A DNA stretch of 64,000 nucleotides from Camelus ferus (GCF_009834535.1 NC_045696.1:112222001-112286000); one strand, 5' to 3'. Numbered from the stretch's first letter, positions 26,251 through 40,265 are shown. Numbers and translations: made by a program. The notes: a model not told the origin generated them from the sequence alone.

Positions 26251-28649
26251 GACTATATCTGAGTTACTGACCAAAAGAGCTTACACATCACATCATTATA
26301 TTTTTGGAGTATAATTTTTAAACAAAGATTACCAGCCTATGTAAAACCGAGAACTGTTTAGAGTATAGGTTTTCCCCCACTGTACGATCTAGGAAAATGG
26401 CATATAGTATTTGCAATGTTGAAGTGGAAAGAGGAAAATGAATGACAAGAGAGAAAACAAACAGAATATTTATTAAAATAATATTCTGGTTACTTTAAAA
26501 TCACTTTATAATGCTGTTGTGGGAAGCTACCCTTAGAGATTGTCTAATAAATGACATTAACTTATTGTGAGATCATTTTAGTTCTTTAGTAACCAAGTTC
26601 TCTAAGTGGATTGCCCAAAGTGTACTGAATATTCTTCTATAGAGAGTCCTTCTGTTGTGAGGTATTAAGGCAGGAAAGCTTTTAACTGTTAGGGGAAATT
26701 TTTTTCAGATAAAAAGAGAGCTTCGTTAAATGGAAAGATGGCAATTATGATAATAGCATGTGAGCAATATCAAAAGTACCAAAAAATAGCAAATGTGGAA
26801 GCTGCACAGTCTGATTAGTTCAAGACTGGAAGACTTACAGCTTGTGTTTAGAGTAGAGTTTAGGTAGAGAAATAGAAAGATAAGAGGGCAGACAATTCTC
26901 AGATAAATGTTATTATTCTGAGATTTTAAATGAAAATTATATTAAAAACCTATATGAACCATAAGGATTGATATAATATCTTCCAGATAAATAATAATGA
27001 CACCTAAATTAAAAAACAGTCCTAAGCACCTTTTATCAAATATATTGCATGAGGAAGAATTCTGCTCTGTTTTCCTTACACCATCTACTAAATGCTAAAT
27101 TCCATATGAAATGCTAGATCACTGAAACAGCAGAAGGACGTTGATGGAAGAGTCAGCATTTATTCGCTCGATTATACATGGACATGTTAGTATTGACAGT
27201 TTGTAGCAACAGCTCTTCCATATTTATAAGGTGCCCAGTGAGGGGAAGACAGTCCTCTGGTTCTTCCTTCCCTCTTCCATCTTCTCTTCCCTTTCTCTTT
27301 CCTTCCCTCCTTCACTGCCTCTTACATTCCATCCTTTCCTCCCCTTTTCTCTTATGAGTAACATAATGGCTGTTTAGGTCTCGTTCATGGCTTTCACTTC
27401 ATGGGCTCAGGACTTTTTAGAAGAAGAAAGTCAGTGGAATAAATATTTGGCCAGAGAAAGGTAAAGCAAGAAATGACCCACCTGTTATTCTAAGGTAAGA
27501 ATAAACAGGGTATTATTGTCTTCCAAATTGTCTGGAGCTTGAACACTATTGATGAGTAATATAAGGCGGGGTGCCTGCCTGTCCCTCACGTTTACAGGTT
27601 TTATTTACTGCTTAATTCTAACAATTAGCATTGTTTCTTGGCATAATTAATATTTGCTGAATGAATGTAGCAGGGTATATATATATATATATAGCCAATC
27701 CTTCATATCATGAGATGAATGAAAATCAGAAATATGACTATTTCTGAGGAATATATAAAGAGAATACCTAGAAAGTCTAAAGAAGATAAAGCAAAAACTA
27801 AGATCCCCTGAAAAAATTCACACACTCTTTTCTCAGGCAACTTGCAGTTGATGATCTTCTAAGATACAAAGAGATGTTTGATCTGTGACCCCAGAGTTGA
27901 TGTTAACATAAAAAACAGAGGTGGTGAATGTCTCTTGCATCTGAATAAATATTGGGTCACTTTTTGGATCACACCATTTATTCATGGATACAAGTATTGT
28001 GGGGAAAATAATGAGACTTCTAATTCTATTTTAATGCACAAGTTAGAAAATGAACACTAGTCGAAGAAGGGTTTTTGTAACAAAACGTTCCCACCTCATG
28101 TGTCTATCTGTGTGTTTCTTCACTCTGCCCTATTATCTTGTAACCTTGCCAAAGGACTGTAATAAGTAATAGAAAAGTGGTTAACCACATGAAACAGCAG
28201 ATTTGCTTATTTCATCTATGGGATGTTTTGTCTGTGATTTAAGTGAGTAAAAAGTGTGATGACTATTACAGACACAGAGGAAAAAGGCAGTTGAACTTTG
28301 ATCATAATGAAGAGTCAGCACCCTTCACCTTTGCTGGGGCCCCGAAAACATTTCCAACTTCTTCTGGTGCAGAGAAAGAGGCTGCTTTTGTAGGTCAGTA
28401 TCCTAACTCATCTCAAATGTCTCTAAACTTTTGAATCTACTGTCATTTCAAACCCAACTTGCAGAACCTCTTATGGTCTTCTGAGTAAAATTCTGCCTGT
28501 GATATTTGATGGTGAGATTGTGCAGTGCCTGCCAAGATGCAGTTATTCTGCCTGAGACTCTGTCTCTGCATATCACAACGAGGGAGTCCAGACAGAACAT
28601 AGACTATCTGAGAACTCTGAAAAGTAAGCACCCTGTAAGCAGAGAGTGA

Positions 28650-29270
28650 GGAAAGCTGAAACTTGAGGAATGGCCAGCATCATTGAATCTACTGATGGGG
28701 ACCAGATGCCCTAAGTTGCAAACCTATGCAATGGGCATGAGAAGCACATACTGAGAGAAACTCCTCTTTCTGATCAGAAAAAGGGGCTCCTGTGAGATAG
28801 AAGTTACAGAGGGAATACCTGGAGGTTTTTTCCCTCATCCAGCCTTGCTGGTGGACAGTCCCTGCCATGACGCTGTACTCATGTTGTGGGGATGTCACAG
28901 TGGTCACAGTGGCATGAGTATATAAGACTCCAAGAAAAAAAAAACTGCCTCTCTGGCCAGAGGAACCTGAAAAAAAGTTCCCTGAGGTCCAAAATGTGTG
29001 TGTGGGGAATTCCTGTAATTCTTTTTCCTCCTTTTTTTCTCTTGTTGATTTATCCCAAGGGCAAATGTGAGTCACTGAGAAATGTGCAAGAGTTTTGAGG
29101 AAGAAACCCATCTCTCTGGCCAAAGGAACCAGGAAGGGGGTTCCTCTGCAACCAGAGAGTGTGGGAAAATTCCAGGGAAGAGAAAACTGGAGAAGAACTT
29201 CTAATTCTGTATTATAAACTGATACAAGTCCCAGACTCAATCACAAGTCACGCATACATGGAACAGGTGC
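28650..29270 (+). mobile_element. Probable old L1 5' region with degenerate ~163-bp monomers
   Basis: CTCTGGCCAGAGGAACC (28951) and CTCTGGCCAAAGGAACC (29114) are each followed by GTGTGGG..AATTCC. The family assignment is from memory. Confidence 0.45.
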
Positions 29271-29273
29271 AAA

Positions 29274-29845
29274 GGACAGGTTGAGAGCACGCTACTCCAA
29301 AATACAGAACCTTGGCATGTTGGGTGTTTTAAGCTGAAGGCATTTGAGGAATGGCAAATGCAGGAAGGACTCTCTGAGTTTCCCTTTCTTCCATGAAGCA
29401 GGCCATATAAATAGAAAGTGCTAGAAGGGCTCTCTGACGTCTCCTTTCTTCTCTGAAGCAGGTCGTAACATCCTCTTGTAAGAGGTGCCCTCCCTCCATC
29501 TGCAGGGAGGAAGCATCCTTATCTCTGGAGATGGAGTGGTGCAGAGAACAATCATAAGTGAACACGTCTTATTAAGTTTTCTCCAGTTTATTATGCTTAG
29601 CTCAAGCCTTCTGTGCTATCATGCACTTCCATGACTTTCCACTTTTCATCAAACCTGGTAAAAAGACTCAGGTTTAACCATTTCTTCAGGTGTTACTTTT
29701 CTTACAAAGACTCCTGTGTCATGTAAAACTTATATTAAATAAACTTTTATGCTTATCTCTTGTTGATCTGTCTTTTGTCAGTTTAATTTTCAGGGCCCCA
29801 GCCATCTAGGATGGTAGTAGGAAAAAGATTGTTTTCTTCCCCACA
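29274..29845 (+). mobile_element. ERV1 solo LTR (MER34/MER39-like)
   Basis: CTCCAAAATAC..CTTGGCAT..TTTAAGCTGAAGGCATTTGAG..ATGCAGGAAGG; ATTAAATAAA polyA signal near 29735; ends TTTTCTTCCCCACA. Confidence 0.8.
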
Positions 29846-32130
29846 CAAAGAAAGAAATAGTAAAGATAAGAGCAGAATAGGATAAAATTGAAAACAGAAA
29901 ACCTATAGAGAAAATTAATAAAAACAGAAGCTAGTTCTTTGTAAAGATTAATCAAAGGGATAAGTATCTAGTCAGACTAATCAACAAAAAGAGAGAAGAA
30001 ACACAAATTACCCATATTAAGAATGAAAGAGGGAATATCACTATAGATCTGATAGACCCAAAACTGAGATGAAATGAACCAATTCCTTTAAAGACAAACT
30101 ATCAAAATTTATTCAAGAAGAAATATATAAGCTGGATAGCTTATAGATATTAAAGAAATTGAATTTGTAGTTTAAAAACCTTCCAACAAAGAAAATCCCA
30201 AACCCAGATGGTTTCCCTGGTAAATTCTAACAACTATTTAGGAACGAAATAATAGCAATTTTACACAATCTCTTCCTGAAAATAGAAGAGGAAGTAATAT
30301 TTTCCAACTCATATCATAAAACCAGAATTACCTGGATAGCAAAACCAGACAAAGATATTACAAGAAAACTACAGACCAGTATCCCTTATGAACAGACCTC
30401 AAAATCCTCAACAAAATATTAGCAAATTGGCTATATATAAAACTATAGAAATAATAATAGATCACAGTGAAGGGTGATTTATCCTAAGGAAACAAACCTG
30501 GCTCAATATTCAAAATCAATCTAATCATGGTATTAACAGGCTAAAGAAGAAACATGTAATCTTCTTAATAGAAACAGAAAAATCATTTGACAAAATCCAA
30601 TATTCATTCATGATAAAAAAAAAAAAAAACTCTTGGCAAATCAGGAATAAAAATATGCCCTTACCCTGATAAAGAGAAACTAAAAATTTTATAGCTTACA
30701 TTATATTTTAGGATGAAAGACTGAATGCTTTCTTCCTAATATTGGGACCAGCACAAGTATCTCTGTCTTCACTATTCTTATTCAGCATTGTTCTGGAAGT
30801 CCTAGTCAGTGCAATAAAATAGTAAAAGAAATAAAAGGCACACAGACTAGAAGGGAAGAAATAAAAGTGTCTCTATCTACATGTGAGAAGATTGCATACA
30901 TGAAAAATCCCAAGGAATTTATAAATATATGCATATGCACATGCACGCACACACACACACACCCCTTCTAGAACTAATAAGTGATATTAGGAAGATCACA
31001 GGATACAAAGTCAATATACAAAAAAATCAATTTTATTACTGTATTTGGGAATCAAAATTTTATGAAGTACCATTTACGATAGCATCAATAAGTATTTATA
31101 TATAAATCTTAAAAAATATGGGCAAGACATGTATGTTGAAAATTATAAAACTCTGGTCAAAAAAACTCAAAGAGAACCTAAATAAATGAAGAGATATACT
31201 ATGTTCATGGATGAGAAGACTTTTGATATTGTCAAAATGCCAATTCTTCCCAAATAGATCTATAGTTTCAATGAAGTCACACTGAGAATCATCTTATAGA
31301 CACCAAGAAGCTTAATTCTAACACTTATTTGGAAGTGTCAAAGCTACTAAAACTGCCAAAAAATTTGGAAAGAAAACAAAATTGGAGCAACTGCACTATT
31401 TAATGCTAAGACTTATGGTAAATCTACATAAATAAACATGATGTGGTATTGGTAAAAGCATAAACACATAGATTGATGAAAGAGAACCGAGTCAATATGA
31501 TCAATTAATTTTAACAAAGACACAAAGATGGTTAAATAAAGAATGACAGTCTTTATGACAAATAATTGATACGAAATTTGACAACTATATGCAAAAGAAA
31601 AATAAATATCAAATAATAACTCATAGTTCTACATGGTAAACATAAAGCTGTATGACTTTTAGAAGAAAATCTTTGTGACCTTTGTTGGGAAATGAGATCT
31701 TGGATATGATACCAAAAGAAAAAAAAAAAAGGATAAATTGGACTTCTTCAAAATTAAGAAGTTTTGCTCTGTGAAAGATAGTGTTAAGAGAATGAAAAGA
31801 CAAGCCACAGAATGGAAGGAAATATTTGCACATCACATCTCCAACAAAGGCCTTACAAGCAGAATATATAGAGTATTCTTAAAATTCAACAATAAGAAGG
31901 CAAGTAACCCAATTTTAAAATGCACAAAAAGTGAAATGACCCTTCAAAGAGAATATATGGATGACAGGTAAATACATGAAAAGATGCCCAACTTCATTAG
32001 TCATTCGAGAAAAACAAATTTAGACCACAATTGATAATGTTACATACTAGAATGGTTAATGTTTAAAAGAAAAAAAAGACATTACCAAGTGCTGACAAAA
32101 TTGCAGAACAACTGGGACTCTCACATATTG
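29846..32130 (+). mobile_element. Old L1 ORF2 fragment (RT and C-terminal part, disrupted)
   Basis: CCAGACAAAGATATTACAAGAAAACTACAGACCAGTATCCCTTATGAAC, GAAAAATCATTTGACAAAATCCAA; ORF 31738-31971 (KRQATEWKEIFAHHISNKGL). Many stops and frameshifts. Confidence 0.92.
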
Positions 32131-32744
32131 AAAGCTATTGTTATAGCTTTAACTTCTCCAAGAAATAAACTGAAAGCTCTCAGGGCTCTGAACCCTTTCT
32201 AACAGAGTTGCTTGGCTGACAGGAAGCAAAACTAAAAGTCTACAAGGACTTCAGGGTTCGATTTCAGAGGAGCTGAAGGAATCTCAGTAATCAAAGAGAC
32301 CTTGCCTTTGGTGTTTCCGAACTGGAAGGACCAATGTGGTTATAAGTCAAATAAGCTAACTTTAAAAACGGTAGAAATTCTACTGAGAAAAGCAGTCATT
32401 GCTTTCTTCTCCTGTATAGTATTGAGCAGTCTTTTAGTTAAACATGCCAGAAGTATTGAGTTCTTGCTTTCAAATGTCTCTCTGGAATAACCCTTAAAAT
32501 GTTAACAGCAAAGTGTAAATTTGTTCTGGGGGACTGGGGGTTAAATAGTTGTTTGTTTTAAGGAGTGGGTATTCCTAGGAGCTGAGAGCCAATGAAACAT
32601 ACTTATAAGTCAACTTCTATATTTGTATAAGATTTTCTTATTTTCATAAGAGTTTAGATACAAGGATTTTAGTCAGATCATAGTTCTCGTTCAGTGCATT
32701 GATTACTTATTGCTGCATAACAGAAAATTTAAAAACGGAATCTT

Positions 32745-32973
32745 TTTTCCTAATTTTATTTTATTGAGTTATAGTCAGTTTACAATGTTGTGTCAATTTC
32801 CAGTATAGAGCACAACTTTTCAGTTATACATGAACATACTTATATTCATTGTTGCATACTTTTTCACCATGAGCTACCACAAGATCTTGTATATATTTCT
32901 CTGTGCTATAATGTATAATCTTGTTTATCTATTCGATACTTACCTGTCAATATCTACAAATTTTGAACTCCCA
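32745..32973 (-). mobile_element. Short young L1 3' end with TSD
   Basis: TTTATTGAGTTATAGTCAGTTTACAATGTTG... TSD taaaaacggaatctt (32730-32744) / taaaaactgaatctt (32974-32988). Confidence 0.88.
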
Positions 32974-33009
32974 TAAAAACTGAATCTTATAGAAGACAAC
33001 AAGATCTGT

Positions 33010-33150
33010 GTAGTCTAATATGGTAGCTTTATGTGGCTATTTAAATTTAAAATTAAAATAAACTTAAAATTCAGTTTCTTATCACATTAGGCATATTTCC
33101 AGTGCTCAGTGGCTACATGTGGTTAGAGGCTATCATAATGGACAGCACTG
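33010..33150. mobile_element. MER3/MER33-type hAT MITE fragment
   Basis: ATGTGGCTATTTAAATTTAAAATT..AAATTCAGTTTC..CAGTGCTCAGTGGCTACATGTGGTTAG..TGGACAGCAC. Confidence 0.75.
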
Positions 33151-34756
33151 CAACAGCACAGTAAGACTGTGGGCCCTGGAGTCTGGAAGAATGCAGTTTT
33201 CATCCTATGGTCTGGGGCAAACCTCAGCTTTCTATAAATTGGAAGAATGCTTCATATCTGGGAAAATTAAACCAATGATGTGTATAAAATGCCTATCAGC
33301 GTGCCTGATACACTGTAGGTACTAAATAAATGTTAACTATAATGATAATTGTTATTAGAAACTAACCATGAGACAATTATAATTTAACTGAGGAATTTAA
33401 TTTTTCTTTGAAACACTCTACTCCAGGTGTGAGTAACAATTTATGCTGGTGAATAGGGCATTATTTTGACTTCTTCCTATCAGTCTATCTTCCTGAGATT
33501 TGGAGATTAGTGGGAGAAGGGGAAAGTGTCCCCTATTTATGATTCCATGAAATGAGGAAGCAGAGCTGGACCACTATTTCACTTCATTTCTACACATCTC
33601 TGTGTTTCCAGTGTGTGAAAAGGCAGGAGATGTGTTGGATTTGGGGGGAAAATGCTCTTAGCTTACTGTCCTTAATAATTATAAAATCACTCTTCTCCAA
33701 ACACTTAAGAAATTAAATGATTCTAAATAGAGTATTTCTATATGGGAGAATGGCAGTAGAGACATAGAAAAGAGAAGGGGTCTTATTATTACCAGCGGTT
33801 CCTAGGCTAACACTTCAGGATAAGCATACTTTCATTCATTATTTGTTTTTATTCCTTTGGTGTCACTAGGCACCATCATTCATAATATATTTACTCAAGA
33901 TCCTTCCCTACTCTAGAAATAAGGTTTACAATACAAGTCTTTGATGATCTGAAAAACTATGGTCCACTTCATTACAGACTATACTTAAAGAGAGGATGAA
34001 CTTAAAGAGAGGATGACCTGTCACACCCAACTCATCCATTACGTCTCTTGTCACAACTGTTTACTTTTTCACACTGTGCTGGAGCCATTAAGAAGGAACA
34101 CTAAGGTAGGATTGGCTACATGCTGTTCTCCTCTTGACCTGCCAGAGAATTAATCTTGAATGCTCAATTTAATGCTTTCTAACAATAACTGCTGGGGGAA
34201 AAAAGTCCACTGCATTTTTTTTAAAATGCACCCGTTTAAAATACAGAACTTAATTTCACTGATATATACATCTATCATTTTATTTTTGATAGCAAGATAG
34301 TAGCAAAAGGTCCACACATCTCTTTACCATTACACAATATAGCCGGTGACTACTGGGGTAGAATGCTTACTAACATATTAAGGTGGACAAGAATCAGTAA
34401 AAGACACCAGTTTGTAGACAGGCACTGTGAATCATGGTAATTTATGGAGAATTATGATTTTCTACTGGTTTGAGATTTGAGAGAGGACTTTAAAGCTTTA
34501 TTACATTTATCAAATTCAATTTAGGAATCTTTGTATTTTGTCCACTTTTAAGAAGTCACATAAAACTCATACAGAAAAAAACGAAGTAAAGTTATCTGTG
34601 TCCTTTTCCCTGAAATTCATGGAAACAAACAAAAGGAATAAAAAATAGGGTAGAAAATAGAGTTCACAATTAATTAGAAAGTAAAAACAACCACAGATCA
34701 CAGACTCTGGAGATAGTTTGCCTGACTCAGTGATGTCTGTTCCAAATTGAGTTAAA

Positions 34757-34787
34757 AACCAACCAACCAACCAACCAACCAACCAAC
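34757..34787. repeat. (AACC)n microsatellite
   Basis: About 7 tandem AACC units. Confidence 0.9.
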
Positions 34788-35625
34788 AAACCCCCGCCAG
34801 ATTCTTGCAAGCTTTTCTAGATGGGTACACATTTTTCTGAAGGTGAGTTAATGGGGACTGCAAGGCCCTGGTAATAATTCCTTCCATAAAAGAGTGAGGA
34901 CTGCATTAGTGGGCAGGACATCAAGGAAAAAGAAACCACCTTGTGGAGTTCTAGCTCCTTGCAATGCTAAGATAACTTACTGGAGACAAGGTGAACAGAG
35001 AAGAAACAAGGAAGAATGGAGAGAAGCAAATTGCAGTTTGGTCAGGAAACTTCACTATGAGCCACCCCAACCTCTGCCTCAGTGATTTGCTCTCCCAGAA
35101 GAGAAATCTTCTTCTAGAGCAGAAGATGCATCAGTGAAAGCGTGTTCTTGTTAGTCTCAACCCACTCCCTACATGCATGCTTTTACCTACACTGGTGGTG
35201 AGCACACAGTCACACACAGATGACTGGCACTCAACATGAATCCAACGTGGGGCATCTGTATGTGGATACCATTACACTCCCCAGTCTCCCATCAAAAAAG
35301 GTATATAAAAGCAATCAATACATTTCAGGGCATGGGAAATGAGGAAAACTATAAATACTCCTTTATACTCTTAAGAAAAATGAAAGGATACACGGGATCT
35401 TTGGCAGGTGGGGAGAACACCAAAGGATCAATACTCAAGGTGAAAGAAGAGATAAGAAAATTAAAGAAATGAAAGGTAATCTGGCTTTGCTTATGAAAGA
35501 AATGAAAGAAAGCAACAAACTATTATTAAATAAAAGGAAACCACATCAGAAACAACAAGAAGGAAAACGGATACTGCTTAAGATAGAGGCAACTATATGG
35601 AGGACAAGCACAAGAAAATAACACA

Positions 35626-38600
35626 CAGTTGAATTTTGAACAATGCAGGGGTTTGGGGCACCAACCCCCTGCACAGTCAAAAACCCACATATAACTTGTG
35701 ATTCCTGAAAAACTTGATTACTAATAGCCTACTGTTAACCAGAAGCCTTGCCAATAACATAAACAGTTGATTAACACATATTGTGTATGTTATACACATA
35801 TTATATACTGACTTCTTACAATAAATTGAGCTACAGAAAGGAAAATGCTATTAAGAAAATGAAAGAAAGAGAAAATGCATTCACAGTACTGTACTATATA
35901 TTGATACCTTAAGTCATCTGTTTACAAGGTGAATTATCTGTCAGATAATCATATAAGATATCAATATTGTCTTATATGATACAAAACACTGTAGATGTTA
36001 TACACATTACTAACACTAGATATCACAAATGAAAAGATAATGTGAAAAAGAAATTCATATTATTTTTTGGTATCCTGGTAGCCTGGTGTAATCAATATGT
36101 TTGCTTCATGGTAGCCTAGTCTATACACTAATGAATGAATCGTTATAAATTTTTTATGGCATATAGTCTTACAGTCATAGCCCTCATATAGTGTTGGAAA
36201 CATTGTTACATCTTTTAAAAAAAATCCTTTTATCGGTGATGATAGGTTGATACACAGTTTCTCCAATGACGAGAGGCATCCTGCGCAGTAATGTGATTCT
36301 TTGAAAGCAAAGTTGTAAAACAAGAAGAAAACACAGTATTAATTTTATGTTAACTATCACTCACCTTATGCTATCCACTTCAATACAAGTCTTGCATGTG
36401 ATATTCTACACAGTGAATACTTAGTCAATGATGATGATGATGACACAAAAACGTCTCATATAGTTTTTGCCCTACAGTTAATAGATTTTCCAAAGACATT
36501 TACACACATACACAACAAATAAGTTTATTAACTGTAGGGCATGTGACTCTTCACTATTCATTAAGTGGAAGTAGATCATCATAAGGGTCTTCATCCCCGT
36601 TGTGTTCATGTTCAGGAGACTGGGGAGGAGGAGGAAGAGAAGGGGTGGGTCTTGCTGTCTCGGGGTGACAGAGGTGAGAGTGATGGAGGAGGAGGTGACT
36701 GGGAGGCAGGAGAGCAGGTACTCTCAGTGTAACTTTATAGAAGTACGTTGTAAATTCTGACTTCTTTGCTTTTTCATTTCTCTAAAAATGTCTCTGTATG
36801 GTACCAATCCTTCCTCTGTTTGCTTTAGTTTCAGTGCTCATCTCATAGAAGAGTCCATGCTGTAAAGGAAGTCAAAAGCGGTCTTGAATAATCGGAGCCC
36901 TTCTGCCAGGTTCTCTAATGTCATTTTGTTTTCTGGCACTGCTTCTACGTCTTCCTCCTTATTGTCTGGCACTGGTTCAGAAGCATGCACCAATGTCAGG
37001 TCATCTTCTGTTAATTCCTCTGGTATGGTGTCTGTCAGTTCTTGAATTTCTCCAAGATCCTTACCTTGACACCCTCCACCCCCCAAGTCCCCACTCCCAG
37101 CCAGTCTCACTTTTGTGTGTGTGTGTGTGTGTGCCATATCCACAATCTCTTTCATGATATCCTTGATTGGCTCTGTCATAACTCCTATGAAGTCATGCAC
37201 AACATCTGGACATAGTTTTCTCCAGCAGGAATTTATTGTTTCCAGCTTGATGGCTTTCACAGCTTTTACTATAACAACAATGGCACCTTCGATGGCATGA
37301 TCCTCCCAGACTTTCACAGTGTTCTCTCTGTCAGGTTCTCTTCCATAGCGTTGACAGTCCTTTCCATGGAGTACCATGTGTAATGAGCCTTCAAGGTCCT
37401 TATGAAGCAGAGTTAGAGGCGTTGTGTTTGGGAGCAAGCAGACCACTTCGACACGTTCAGTGTTGAACTCATAGGTTCTGGGTGGCCAGGGGCATTGTCT
37501 AATATCAAAAGAACTTTAAAAGGCAGTCCCTTACTGGCAAGGTGCTTCCTAACTTCAAGGACAAATCAACGACGGAACCAATACAGAAAAAGTGTCCTTG
37601 TTGTCTAGGTCTTCTTGTCCTACAGCCTAAAGACTGGAAGCTGCTGTTTATCTTTTCTCCCTAAGGCTTAGGGGTGAGCAGCAGCTTTATAGATGAGGGC
37701 AGTTCAGACCATAACCCGACTGCAGAGTTAGCCTATACCTTCCTGCCTTAAATCCTGGTGCTCACTTCTCTTCCTTTGCCCATTGTGTTTTTTTTTTTAA
37801 ACCCTCAGAATAGGGTACTTCTATCTGCATTAAAAACTATTCAGAGAGATTTTCTCAGTGATTTTCTTAATGGAGACTGGGAACAGATCTGCTGCCTCTT
37901 GGTGGGCAGAGCCGCTTCTCCTCTCATCTTGACATTTTTTAAGCCAAACCTCTTTCTAAAACCACTATGTGCTGGCTTTAAATTCTTCAGTTTTAGACGC
38001 TTCACCTTCTTTTCACTTTAGGTTGTCACATAATGACTTTGCTTTTTCTCAAAATCGTATTGGGGTCTATAGGTGTGTCTTTCTTATAGCAATCCTTCAC
38101 CCATATAAAAGTTGCATTTTCAATATGAGATAAAAAAGTATTTCACAAGAAGTGCAAGGTTTTCATGCCTGCTGGTGTATCTGTGGTGATGGCTCTACAA
38201 ATTTCTTTTTCTGTTTTTACAGTGGTTCTTATGTTGGATTCATTTATCATGAAATGGTGGCAACTGCAACTGTGGACCTCAGCCTACGGACCTTATCAAG
38301 CATTTCAACATTTTCTGGTAATGTCAAGACTTTTCTCTGCTTCTTGGGAGCATTTCCAGCATCACTAGTGGTACTTTGTGGTTCTCATGGTGTTATTCAA
38401 AGGTTTACAGTATTGCAGTAAACACAATGAAAAGTAGGGGAGGCCCTAGAGAGACCACTTTTTACTTTGATAGACACACAGTTTCCTGGAGAGATGAAAT
38501 GTTTACACAGAGATGATGAATGTCCCATGGATACTCGCATCACTTGAGCTCGCCACGATAGCAACAGGAGGTGGCTCTCAAGTTATTACAGTGGTACAGT

Positions 38601-38969
38601 GTACACTAGAGTTAATTTTACACAGTTATGATTTAATATTGCATCTTTACAGTTGTTTACAAATCTCTTGACTGTGAATGGTGCCATGTAAGTGTGTGCA
38701 TAAGTTTTGATATATTTTAACTTTTTATGATAGATTTGTATATATTTATGGTAACAAATAATGAAAAAGATTAGTATCTACATGTATTTTATGCATTCAT
38801 AACACCTTTTTCTTATTTTTTTTCGATACTTCTAGGCAATGCAATTTGTCTGTGAGCTTTTTTCAAGTTGCTGCAAATCTCCAAAGAATTTTTGACTACA
38901 TTTATTGAAAAAAATCTGTATATGAGTGGACTCATGCCGTTCAAACTTGTGTTGTTCAAGGGTCAACTA
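35626..38969 (-). mobile_element. Near full-length Tigger1-type (TcMar/pogo) DNA transposon
   Basis: Left TIR CAGTTGAATTTTGAACAA, right TIR TTGTTCAAGGGTCAACTA followed by TA; internal transposase remnants. Confidence 0.92.
36800..38390 (-). pseudogene. Disrupted Tigger1-type transposase (TIGD1-like)
   Basis: ORF 36838-37446 (KAVKAIKLETINSCWRKLCPDVVHDF...DLGEIQELTDTIPEELTEDDL...MTLENLAEGLRLFKTAFDF) matches the Tigger1 transposase C-terminal part. N-terminal SDAGNAPKKQRKVLTL is readable near 38320-38370. Frameshifts and stops lie between. Confidence 0.88.
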
Positions 38970-38971
38970 TA

Positions 38972-39450
38972 AATGCAAGGGAAAACTAAAAATCAAGGGA
39001 AGTTATACTAGATATGGAAGAGTAGACTATGCTAAGTTAGAGAACTGAACAAATGAGCAAACAAGCAAAAAAATAAAAACAGCTCACAAAGACATAATAG
39101 AAGAAAAACTGCTTGTGAAAAAGGAAGTCCTAGATCCAATGACATAGCCATTTTTCATAAAAAAATAGTTATAGAATAATCAGTAACAGATATATTCTGG
39201 TGAGAGTTTTGAACTGCAAGGATAGAGAAAGAAATCTGAGGGTATTGAGACAAAAAGTATTAAATCACCTACAAGATATAAAAATCAGGCCAATCACAGA
39301 CTTCTGCACAGAAATCCGTGCTCCCAGAAGGCACAGAAGCAACATTCACTGATTTTTAAAAGAAAAACAAAACTAATACACCTTGCCCAGATTTCAGTCC
39401 CTTAGAGGAAGAAAGAAAGTCATTCTAAACAAAAGTGCATCATTGGAAAA
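38972..39450 (+). mobile_element. Ancient L1-ORF1-like/HAL1 remnant, probably continuing 35330-35625
   Basis: A-rich degenerate ORF1-like motifs: AAAGACATAATAGAAGAAAA, AAAAATCAGGCCAATCACAGACTTCT. Confidence 0.5.
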
Positions 39451-39582
39451 ATCTAGTTGATAATGGAATGTAGTGCATCAGGAAATGAGTGAAGAGGATG
39501 CAGAGGTCAGGGAGAGGAAACTATGAAAGGAAGGGATGGTCTGTGAGAACTGATTCCCACGTGACTTTAGAAGAGACTTAAT

Positions 39583-39730
39583 GGGGGGAGGGTGTAGCTC
39601 AAGTGGTAGAGTTCTTGCTTAGCATTCACAAGGTCCTGGGTTCAATTGCCAGTAGTACCTCCTCTAAATATAAGTAAGAAAATCTAATTACTTACCCCCA
39701 CAAAAAATTTAAAAAAATTTTTAAATTAAA
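39583..39730 (+). mobile_element. tRNA-derived SINE (Vic-1-like)
   Basis: GGGGGAGGGTGTAGCTCAAGTGGTAGAG..GGTCCTGGGTTCAATTGCCAG..CTAATTACTTACCCCC plus A-rich tail. Confidence 0.9.
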
Positions 39731-39941
39731 TTAAACATAAAACAGAAGAGACAATACTAAACCACTATGGAAATTACTATTACAAAGAGAATATAAATAC
39801 AATAAAAGTTTACAATGCAAATCTACTAACACAATAAACAAAATGTGGTCGCTGTGGGAATGCAAGCCACTTTCTTTATTTTCTATGCAAGATTCAAAGA
39901 TTGCTTCCTGAGGGTATCTCCGTGTAACAGCATGGGGAATG

Positions 39942-40114
39942 CTGCTGGCCTTGAACAAGGTGGGGGTTAATCTGCATAGTTTACAGTCAGCCCTCTTTAT
40001 CAGGAGTTCCTCTGTATATGCAGATTGTGTAGTACTGGAGTATTTACTATTGAAAAATAGCCACATATAAGTGGATCTGCTCAGTTCAAACCCATGTTGT
40101 CGAAGGGTCAACTG
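39942..40114 (+). mobile_element. Tigger-derived MITE
   Basis: Degenerate left TIR CTGCTGGCCTTGAACAA; right end TTCAAACCCATGTTGTCGAAGGGTCAACTG|TA. Confidence 0.8.
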
Positions 40115-40265
40115 TATTTGCATTATGTGAAGTGAAAAAAAAAATAGTCACAGAAGTATATATGTCATATGACCCTATTTGTGAACTTTGTGGGGTGGGG
40201 AGTAGGACTGTTAAGAAAAGAAACCTTTGATTAACTCTTATGAATAGTATGAAATTTCTACAGTG

